Source: Nitrosopumilus sp.
GTDB taxonomy: Archaea; Thermoproteota; Nitrososphaeria; Nitrososphaerales; Nitrosopumilaceae
Direction of reading: 5' to 3'
Length of the DNA stretch: 64,000 nt
Assembly (NCBI GenBank): GCA_965219345.1
Contig: OZ244732.1
Span: forward strand, 1,664,001 to 1,728,000
In this document: positions 52,263-59,437 of the stretch, piece after piece
How positions within the stretch are numbered: position 1 is the stretch's first letter
How the letters are laid out: each line of letters begins with the position of its first letter
Notes under the pieces: generated by a model
Seen by the model: the letters and a program-made list of their open reading frames with translations, nothing else
Told to the model about the DNA's origin: nothing
The model's database searches: none
Made by a program: the position numbers and the translations under genes

Positions 52263-52570
52263 ATTAGACTTTATGCGTAATCGCACTTGCAAATTTTTTT
52301 TTTTTTTGTGGCGCAGGCCGTGCCAAGCCTGTCTGTACCCGTTGCCCACAGGCCATCCTCAAGTTCCAGCCGCTCGCGGAGAGAGCTGACTGCCTTGCTG
52401 TGCTTGCTGACTTCCCTGTCCTTCTGCCTGATCGTCTTGGCATTCTCTTTGAGCTCCCTTTGCAGCCTTCGTATGGTCTGTTCGGGGGACTCCATTGCAT
52501 GTGGCGGCGATCAAGGCGGATCTAAATCTTTCGAAAAATTTGCAAGTGGCGATTACGCATAAAGTCTAAT
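52263..52570 (-). mobile_element. MITE / internally deleted IS with ~36-bp terminal inverted repeats
   Basis: ATTAGACTTTATGCGTAATCGC-ACTTGCAAATTTTT (52263-52298) versus its reverse complement at 52534-52570 (one indel); GC-rich interior; coiled-coil ORF 52271-52495. Confidence 0.85.
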
Positions 52571-52738
52571 ATTGTAATCTGCTTTTGAATTGAAAAGCGG
52601 GTCAAGATAGATTAGGTCAACTGATTCATCACTAATTTGTTCCCTTAGAATCTTTAGATTGTCACCAAAGAAAAGTAAATTTTTTGCGAACCTCCCCCCC
52701 CCCCCCGCGTTCCCGATTGGGTTAGATGTGGAGATCAT
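52571..52738 (-). pseudogene. 5' stump of an N6/N4 DNA methyltransferase truncated by the MITE
   Basis: NLLFFGDNLKILRE.I.DESVDLIYLDPLFNS..DYNI (motif IV DPPF variant); G13 tract near the start. Confidence 0.8.
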
Positions 52739-52739
52739 C

Positions 52740-52910
52740 TTAGGCAGATCCTATAATTTCTATTTTTTTACCTTTTATTACAAATTCAATGTGATCAGGA
52801 TTATGTAACACTTCTAAAACTTTTGGTGGGATTCTACAAAGTTTACTAAACTTGCTAGTAGTACTTACGGCCACTCTGAAATTTGTCTCATCTTTTTTCC
52901 AACGTGTCAT
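52740..52910 (-). CDS. Small AbrB/MazE-like DNA-binding protein
   Basis: MTRWKKDETNFRVAV...CRIPPKVLEVLHNPDHIEFVIKGKKIEI swapped-hairpin pattern. Confidence 0.65.
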   Translation of the reverse strand: MTRWKKDETNFRVAVSTTSKFSKLCRIPPKVLEVLHNPDHIEFVIKGKKIEIIGSA

Positions 52911-52964
52911 AATGTATTCCAAAACCTTGACTATATTAAGAGTACGTTTACTAGTAATTATTAA

Positions 52965-52980
52965 ATAAGAGTACTCTTAT
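52965..52980. promoter_or_regulatory. Perfect 16-bp palindrome in the divergent promoter region (imperfect copy at ~52937)
   Basis: ATAAGAGTACTCTTAT; TAAGAGTACGTTTA upstream. Confidence 0.55.
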
Positions 52981-53001
52981 CTAAATAACAATGAAGCGAG
53001 T

Positions 53002-53076
53002 AAAAATGAGGGCAATAATGAGCCAACTCTCGTCTGATCAAATGATGATCACGGCATGATCTGAGCCCTCATTTTT
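53002..53076 (+). ncRNA. Archaeal box C/D guide sRNA-like element
   Basis: 12-bp terminal stem; box C ATAATGA 53015-21 (one mismatch), 12-nt guide, D' CTGA 53034-37, C' ATGATGA 53042-48, 12-nt guide, D CTGA 53061-64. Confidence 0.7.
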
Positions 53077-53118
53077 TGATTCTCATTATTCTATTTTAAT
53101 TTTCAAGAGGTCTTACGC

Positions 53119-54266
53119 ATGAACGCAAGACAGCAAAGAGGAAAACAAATAGTTAAAAGACAAGATCAGATTATCAGAATAGATGAGAATCATTACAGGG
53201 TCAATTCACAAAGTAGAGGAAATATCCAGCATGATGTTGTCTCTACCGAGTTTGGATGGTCTTGTTCCTGCGAGGATCGTCTATTTAGAAAGACCTGCTG
53301 CAAGCACATTCATGCAGTAGAGATTTCATTATCAATTAGAAAAGAAGTAGAGAAAATAATCACGGTAGGACAAATTCAAACCGATTGCTGCATACACTGC
53401 AAATCATCTAAAATTAGAAAAAGAGGAATCAGAAAGAACAAGACACATTCGATTCAGTTGTATCAGTGTGGTGATTGTAAAAAATACTTTTCATTTAATC
53501 TTGGCTTTGAAAAGATGCACGCCTCGCCTCAAATAATTGCCAGTGCAATGCAGCTATACTTTACAGGTGAATCCTTAAGATGGGTCCAGAAGTTCCTGAA
53601 ACTTTAGGGTGTCAACATAAGCCATGTTTCTATCTACAAATGGATTAAGAAATACATCAAACTCATGGATGATTATCTAAACACCATAACCCCCCCCCCC
53701 AAGTAGGTGAAAAATGGCACGCAGACGAAGTATGGCTAAAGGTAAAGGGTGCAGAAAATACCTTTTTGCCATGATGGACAACGACACCAGATTTTGGATT
53801 GCCCAAGAGGTCGCAGATTCAAAGTTCAAGCATGATGCTAGAAGCCTGCTAAAGATGGGAAAAACGGTAGCCAAGAAGGTTCCTTCTGTCTTTGTAACTG
53901 ACGGTTTACCAGCTTATAATGATGCCTTCGAGAAGGAATTTGCACCAAAGAACTTTCCTGCACAAGTCAAGCAGGCACGTAAAAGAAGTTCATTTTAGAA
54001 ATCAAGTAGCAAATAACAATATCCAGGAGAGATTGAATGGCGAGTTCAGGGACAGGGAAAAAGTCTTTAGGGGCCTGAAAAAGGATGATAGTCCAGCAAT
54101 TACAGGAATCAAACTGTATCATAACTACACAAGGCCACACATGAGCCTAGACGGTAACACTCCTGCCGATAGAGCTGGAATTGAGATTAAAGGCGATAAC
54201 AAATGGAAGACAATAATCCAAAATGCAAGCCTAACGAAACCAAAGCGTTTAATTTCTACCTTGTAG
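53119..54266 (+). mobile_element. Disrupted IS6-like DDE transposase with N-terminal SWIM finger and zinc ribbon
   Basis: SWIM CSCED....CKHIHAV; CIHC...YQCGDC; WHADE, YLFAMMD..TRFWIA, VTDGL.AY, NN.QERLNG, HNYTRPH; TAG at 53605 and frameshifts at C11 (53690-53700), ~53750 and ~53955. Confidence 0.85.
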
Positions 54267-54374
54267 AAATAACAATGAAAGCCTTTTGACGTTTCCGTCT
54301 TCGTCCATGATTGCCGAATCATGATATAGACGACCCCTGATCAGACGTTACAGTCAGGGGCATTTTTTCTTCAT

Positions 54375-54455
54375 GCCATGATAGTCTAGTGGTAAGACGC
54401 CAGTCTCCTAAACTGGTCATGTAACGTGACGGGGGTTTGATTCCCTCTCATGGCG
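54375..54455 (+). tRNA. tRNA-like gene with CCU (Arg) anticodon and long variable arm
   Basis: Acceptor GCCATGA/TCATGGC plus G73; D arm GTCT-AGTGGTA-AGAC; anticodon arm CCAGT-CTCCTAA-ACTGG; variable arm TCATG-TAA-CGTGA; T arm GGGGG-TTTGATT-CCCTC. Confidence 0.8.
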
Positions 54456-54530
54456 TTTCAGGCGACGGAAGTTAACACGGAGAAGAAAGCTACGATAAGC
54501 TAACAGAATCGAATTAAATAAATAAATACT

Positions 54531-54554
54531 ATGGGTACCCATGGGTACCTATGG
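54531..54554. promoter_or_regulatory. Tandem palindromic operator-like repeats at the antitoxin start
   Basis: ATGGGTACCC-ATGGGTACCT-ATGG; ATGGGTACCCAT is a perfect palindrome. Confidence 0.6.
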
Positions 54555-54784
54555 TAGAAAGTTCAATGTCAGTATCACAGGAATCAAAATTGAAATGGGC
54601 AGCTTTCAAGAATCATCCAAAAGAATCCATGGAGGCTTTGATTAATCGAACTTTCAATTTAGCTTACGTAAATGAAGAACCACTTGATGCAAGAGATATA
54701 TCTGACATTCAGAGATCACTTGCAGATTTTAAAAACGGTAACTTCAAGACTAACGCCCAACTTCTCAAAGAACTAGAAGCTTGA
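54551..54784 (+). CDS. Putative antitoxin (RHH-like N-terminus)
   Basis: K.HPKESME.LI.R and EPL....I.DI.RSL.DFK.G.F.T..QL.KEL; overlaps the toxin start. Confidence 0.7.
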   Translation: MVESSMSVSQESKLKWAAFKNHPKESMEALINRTFNLAYVNEEPLDARDISDIQRSLADFKNGNFKTNAQLLKELEA

Positions 54785-55035
54785 GTTGGATTGCACAGTG
54801 GTCTAACACTGCCAATAAACAACTAAAGAAATTACCAAAAAAAGATCGAAAGAGAATTTTATTAAAGACAGCAGATGTTGAAGAAAATCCTTTTTTGCAT
54901 CTTTCAAAACTATCAGGAGAGCCATTTTTTCGTTTCAGAGTAGGAGATTATAGAATTTTTTGTGATGTAAATAATAAGGAACTGCTAATCATGATTGTCA
55001 AAGTCAAAGGCCGTGGCGGCGCCTACAAGAGATAA
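54781..55035 (+). CDS. RelE/ParE-family toxin
   Basis: A.KQLKKL...RKRI, KL.G..FFRFRVGDYRI, V..R..AY motifs. Confidence 0.9.
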   Translation: MSWIAQWSNTANKQLKKLPKKDRKRILLKTADVEENPFLHLSKLSGEPFFRFRVGDYRIFCDVNNKELLIMIVKVKGRGGAYKR

Positions 55036-55054
55036 CCCGTACTTTTAGAATTAA

Positions 55055-55315
55055 TTATCTGTCCATCTTCTTTTGCAATTTATCTAATCCTTTATCCAAT
55101 TTGACAATTTTTTCTAAATTACTATTATGATTTTTTTCTGTTTCATGTTTTAATTCTTTAATCTGTTTTTCAAGCTCATCTTGTTTTTTGAGTAAACGCA
55201 TAGCAAATCTAGCAACATCCGCATACATTTCAAAATCATCAAGTATTTTCTTTATTACCTGCTTGGTCTTTTCATCCGTCTCTTTAGACATCATGCCTTC
55301 CATAAATGATTTCAT
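55055..55315 (-). CDS. Hypothetical coiled-coil protein
   Basis: 86-aa ORF; start uncertain. Confidence 0.5.
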   Translation of the reverse strand: MKSFMEGMMSKETDEKTKQVIKKILDDFEMYADVARFAMRLLKKQDELEKQIKELKHETEKNHNSNLEKIVKLDKGLDKLQKKMDR

Positions 55316-55381
55316 TTTTATGAAATCCTGTTTCTCCCATCCAGATTAGTGAAAAAATCGGAAACATCCTCTAGGACTATT

Positions 55382-55513
55382 TTATCAATTTTGAACTATG
55401 TTGATATGGATTCAGAAGTGAAAGTCTTGGGATATGGAATTAGTTTGATTTTACTAAATATTGGAATGTATTTTGGAATACCTGCAATTGTTATTATGAG
55501 GATTAGAAAATGA
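55382..55513 (+). pseudogene. Orphan 3' tail of a CFI-box-CTERM-type surface protein
   Basis: LSILNYVDMDSEVKVLGYGISLILLNIGMYFGIPAIVIMRIRK* with no upstream body. Confidence 0.65.
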
Positions 55514-55696
55514 AAGCTTCAGCTCAAATGTACAGTATACCAACTCTTAACTTTGAAAAGTATGTCATTGATGGGATGATGAGTCAAACATTGCAGCATC
55601 AAACTGTTATTGTCTCAACCTTTGTCACTTTTCAGTCAAAAAGTTATAAAGTTTTGTCAGTTTGTTTCATTAATTCTAACAAACATTTTGCATATT

Positions 55697-56095
55697 TCAG
55701 ATAATTGAAAGAGGAATAGAATTTGCGCCACTATCCCATGCAAAAATAGAATCATCATTATAAGGAGATTTTACAATTAATGAGACCAGCCCAAAGAAGT
55801 TATTCGAATCCGTAACAGAAGGTTCCGCTGAACCACTTGGATGAGAATGAACAATTCCAAGATAGCTCATATCAAACGGTAAAAACGAATGAGGGAACCC
55901 TGCAAATGTAGGTCCAGTTTCACTAAAAGGAGGAATTACAAGTCCATCAATTTTGATTTCGCCATCTTTTGATTTTCCTTTTAGTATCAAAATTGCTTCG
56001 TTTGGATGTTTCATTTGGCAATAGGATAAGATACTATCAAGTACATCTTTTTGGATCAATACCTTGCGTTCAAACTTTTTTTTCTTGAATAACAC
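55697..56095 (-). CDS. JAMM/MPN (Mov34) metalloprotease
   Basis: HPNE, VHSHPSG...PS.TD motif. Confidence 0.9.
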   Translation of the reverse strand: MLFKKKKFERKVLIQKDVLDSILSYCQMKHPNEAILILKGKSKDGEIKIDGLVIPPFSETGPTFAGFPHSFLPFDMSYLGIVHSHPSGSAEPSVTDSNNFFGLVSLIVKSPYNDDSIFAWDSGANSIPLSII

Positions 56096-56126
56096 AAAAA
56101 ATCTTCAGTTTTGAACTAATTTAATT

Positions 56127-57404
56127 TTAAGGTAACAATACGGTATATTTTGTGTTTGAGAATTGTCTTAGTTTCTTTTCAATTTCAGATACAAGTTGTG
56201 GAACCTTTGAATCAATTTCATTCATTTCGCCTTGAAAAGTTTCAGATTTGAGTTGTGAATCTTCCTTAAATGAGGTGTTTTTAGCCAGCTCACGTTCCAA
56301 AGATACAAGTTCGTCAGGATATAGAGAATTCAGATCATTCTTTATCTTTTCATGTTTTTCTAAATATTCTGAAATTTGCTTTGCAAATCCATCAAGTAGT
56401 TCCTCAGTTTCTGTGATATGAGACAAAGACTTGTCAATATCTTTTACAGAAATAGAACCAGAAGAAATTCCTTTTCTAACATTTTCCAAAATCACAATAA
56501 TAGAATCTGTGTTTTGAGGAATAAGCACTTCCAATGGTTCCTTGATTAATTTAGTCAAGAGATTTTTTTGTTCTTTGTCTAAAGAAGATCCATACTCATA
56601 TCTACTTAGAGGACGTGAAATTTTTGTAAATTGTGTGTCAACCTCATTTTTTATCTTTGACCGTTGAGCAGTAAACGCATCTAATGTATTTTTCAGATCA
56701 AGATACTTTTTGTAATTATCAGAAGACTTGATCCCCTCAATTGAATTCTGATTTGAAGTAATTTTTTCATCGAGTGATTTTATATTTTGACTTGCGTTGC
56801 CAATCTTTTGATTTTTTTCTAGCTGCGATTCTTTTAGAATTTTAATTTGATTTAGGGTATCTATAATTTTGTCAGAAGTTGATTGGGTAGAATCATAATT
56901 TTTTAGTAGTTTGCGAATTTCGGAATGGTTTCTGTTCATGATTTCAAGATTTCCTTTTAATTGATTTGCATATTTTTTTGCAAAGATGTGAATTATTCGA
57001 GTTTGTCTTCCTAAAACATCACCAAGTTTCTTAAGAATTTGATTCAGAAGGATGTTAAGTTTTTTTGCATCATCAATGGATAAGATTTCTGGTAAACGTA
57101 CAACATCTTTTTTGATAGCATTAATTACCTGCTTTTTGCCTCTAATCACAATAGTTGACAGATGCTTGTCAATATCATCAACTTTAAGATTATCTTTTTC
57201 GAGAACATTTCCTATTTTTGTTAGTTCATCCATCAGAGGCTCTGTATTATTTCTTAGATACTTTATTTCGGAGATAGTTTGAGATTTTCGTAATTCATTA
57301 AGTTCAGCCATGATTTTGTGAACATCAGAAAGTTTAACTTTTTTCTCCTGAGGAGTTTTCTCTACGTATTCCTCTTGCTTCTTTTTTCCCCATCCAAATA
57401 CCAT
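56127..57404 (-). CDS. Conserved coiled-coil protein
   Basis: 425-aa heptad-rich ORF starting MVFGWGKKK. Confidence 0.75.
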   Translation of the reverse strand: MVFGWGKKKQEEYVEKTPQEKKVKLSDVHKIMAELNELRKSQTISEIKYLRNNTEPLMDELTKIGNVLEKDNLKVDDIDKHLSTIVIRGKKQVINAIKKDVVRLPEILSIDDAKKLNILLNQILKKLGDVLGRQTRIIHIFAKKYANQLKGNLEIMNRNHSEIRKLLKNYDSTQSTSDKIIDTLNQIKILKESQLEKNQKIGNASQNIKSLDEKITSNQNSIEGIKSSDNYKKYLDLKNTLDAFTAQRSKIKNEVDTQFTKISRPLSRYEYGSSLDKEQKNLLTKLIKEPLEVLIPQNTDSIIVILENVRKGISSGSISVKDIDKSLSHITETEELLDGFAKQISEYLEKHEKIKNDLNSLYPDELVSLERELAKNTSFKEDSQLKSETFQGEMNEIDSKVPQLVSEIEKKLRQFSNTKYTVLLP

Positions 57405-57481
57405 TGAATATTATTATTTTATGGGGATTAAAAATCGTTGTACGTCTAAAATTTAAAATTAATCAGAATTTAGGTTATGAT

Positions 57482-57943
57482 ATGGCAAAAATTGCAAAAA
57501 AATCATTTCACACAGGTTCTGTAAAAAAAACTATTACAGTAAAAACATCAAAAGACAAAGTTTGGAGAAAAGTTAGTGATATTGTAGGATTGCCAACTTG
57601 GTTAATCGATGTAAAAAAGACAGTTTATCTTTCTAGAAAGAAAAGAGGTATTGGTGCAGTTAGGCTAATCACATTTGCAGATGGAAATAAAATTGAAGAA
57701 CATATTGTTGCATGGAAGGATCAAGAATATTTTACATACATTGCAACTGAGGGCTTGCCATTAAGGGCATATGTTGCAACAATTTCAATAAAGGTAAAAT
57801 CAAAAAAGATCATTCAAATAACATGGGAGTCTTATCTTAACAGCAAAAAGATGTCGGAGAAACAGTTCTTAGAGTTTCTCGCATTTATGGGCTCATTCTA
57901 TGAAGCATCACTAGAAAGCCTCAAAGCATTACTTGAAAAATAA
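57482..57943 (+). CDS. SRPBCC family protein
   Basis: KVW..VSD..GLP.W, G.GAVR...F.DG..IEE motifs; likely ATG at 57482. Confidence 0.85.
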   Translation: MAKIAKKSFHTGSVKKTITVKTSKDKVWRKVSDIVGLPTWLIDVKKTVYLSRKKRGIGAVRLITFADGNKIEEHIVAWKDQEYFTYIATEGLPLRAYVATISIKVKSKKIIQITWESYLNSKKMSEKQFLEFLAFMGSFYEASLESLKALLEK

Positions 57944-57994
57944 TACAAATAATTTCGGGCTAAAATGTAAATACGATAAATCAAGGAAAAGAGC

Positions 57995-58339
57995 ATGAGC
58001 GACATGCGTTTTACAATAATTGGGATTGTGTTAATCTTTGTAGGATTTATTATTCTAGGAGTATTTGGGCATAATTATCAAGCAGCAACTCTGGAATCAA
58101 ATGAGTTTGGAATATGTTATGAATACTCTGATCAAAAGGAACCAGTTGAGATCAACTGTTCATCTAAGATATTTAATCAGACATTATTCTTCGGATTAAT
58201 TATTGGGTTTATTGGTGCAGGAATCATTGCATTAGTTAAAGGAGCAAGAGGGGACTGGGACAACAAGGTAAAGTCTGAAGATATGGTTGGACCAGGCAGC
58301 AGAGAAAATGGGAACAATGAGGATTCAGATAAGGACTAA
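57995..58339 (+). CDS. Two-TM membrane protein
   Basis: Two hydrophobic helices, G.WDN.VK.EDMVGP tail. Confidence 0.75.
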   Translation: MSDMRFTIIGIVLIFVGFIILGVFGHNYQAATLESNEFGICYEYSDQKEPVEINCSSKIFNQTLFFGLIIGFIGAGIIALVKGARGDWDNKVKSEDMVGPGSRENGNNEDSDKD

Positions 58340-58349
58340 AGAAACTGGG

Positions 58350-58436
58350 TTATGAGGATTTTCTAGATTTTAGCTTCTTATAATCTTCAGGATCGTCTTG
58401 TTTCAATCTTTGAAAGAATACTTCTTCATATGGCAT
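58350..58436 (-). CDS. Possible 28-aa microprotein
   Basis: MPYEEVFFQRLKQDDPEDYKKLKSRKSS with TATA-like AT-rich upstream region. Confidence 0.4.
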   Translation of the reverse strand: MPYEEVFFQRLKQDDPEDYKKLKSRKSS

Positions 58437-58537
58437 TTTTTATCAGTTAATTATTATCAAATTTGCATTTAAGCTTAAGGAACAATTTGTACTTTTCAAG
58501 TAATTTTAACCTCAAAGATTAATTTTAGTTTAAAGCA

Positions 58538-58918
58538 TTAGGCGTCAGATTCAATAATATTCTTCATCACAACTATCATCTCGCCAATTTCAGATATTCT
58601 TTGATCAAACTGGTCATCAGATAGTTCATCAGGTTTGTTCAAAGTAATTTCAACTTCAGAAAAATCACCACTAGCAACAACACGCATTGGAACATTCCAA
58701 GAGGATTCCTCATCAATATATTGATGATCTAAGATTCCAAGTGACTTGTTTTCATCGAATTTGAGTCTAGCTTTTCCATGAAGACTAGAAAAGGACCACC
58801 AACCATCATCATTCATTTTTGCATCAGGTATCATCTTTGGAGGAACTCGTAAAATTGCATCAAATACATCACCTGTCTTCTTTTTTACAATAATAGAGAC
58901 AGTTCTAGATCTTGTCAC
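58538..58918 (-). CDS. Hypothetical protein (SRPBCC-like)
   Basis: SRTVSI.V, GILDH, VPMRVV pattern. Confidence 0.7.
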   Translation of the reverse strand: MTRSRTVSIIVKKKTGDVFDAILRVPPKMIPDAKMNDDGWWSFSSLHGKARLKFDENKSLGILDHQYIDEESSWNVPMRVVASGDFSEVEITLNKPDELSDDQFDQRISEIGEMIVVMKNIIESDA

Positions 58919-58983
58919 AGTAAGAAGATCAAATAATGATTAAAAAAGATATAGCAGGAATCATAGGAATCAATGTTTCGAAT

Positions 58984-59160
58984 CTATTTGTTGAGAAAGT
59001 CTTTGATTTTCTTTAGATTTGAGACATTTGATTCATGAAACATAACCATAGATTCTGCGAGTGAGTTTGGTAATACAGTTTTTAGATTATCAACTAATTC
59101 ATCACCAGTAGTAATCATATTATCAATAAGTTTTTCAATCTCGTTTTTCTCATCAGCCAA
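58984..59160 (-). CDS. Small helical hypothetical protein, 58 aa (not in ORF track)
   Basis: TTG start: MADEKNEIEKLIDNMITTGDELVDNLKTVLPNSLAESMVMFHESNVSNLKKIKDFLNK. Confidence 0.65.
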   Translation of the reverse strand: MADEKNEIEKLIDNMITTGDELVDNLKTVLPNSLAESMVMFHESNVSNLKKIKDFLNK

Positions 59161-59437
59161 TTAAATTAGGTAGGGGCTAGTCTTAATTAAGTGATAAAAA
59201 ATATCAGTTAATTCGTAAATTCATGCCTAAAAAATTTAGAATCTATGTTTTATCACAAACACACCAATAACAGCACCAACTGCTATCACTGAAATCATCC
59301 ACATCGAAATACTTTGTGCTCTGTAACGAACAAAGATATTGTATCAACTGGAAAGACTGGTTCTGCACGCAAGGTAAGCGAGGAGCTTAAAAAGGCGATA
59401 TTAGAATATATGAAGAAAAAATAACTAGGTAATATTT

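Noticed and set aside
54405-54412. Reading the tRNA as an amber (CUA) suppressor to explain TAG codons at 52188 and 53605
   Set aside because: The CCAGT/ACTGG stem fixes the loop as CTCCTAA with CCT centred; a shifted register does not pair, and those genes also carry frameshifts
54375-54455. tRNA-Sec or tRNA-Pyl
   Set aside because: Anticodon is not UCA or CUA; acceptor/T stems are canonical 7/5 and the D stem is 4 bp
55510-55704. 64-aa ORF after the sorting-domain remnant
   Set aside because: No motif; overlaps the JAMM gene end; probably spurious or decayed sequence
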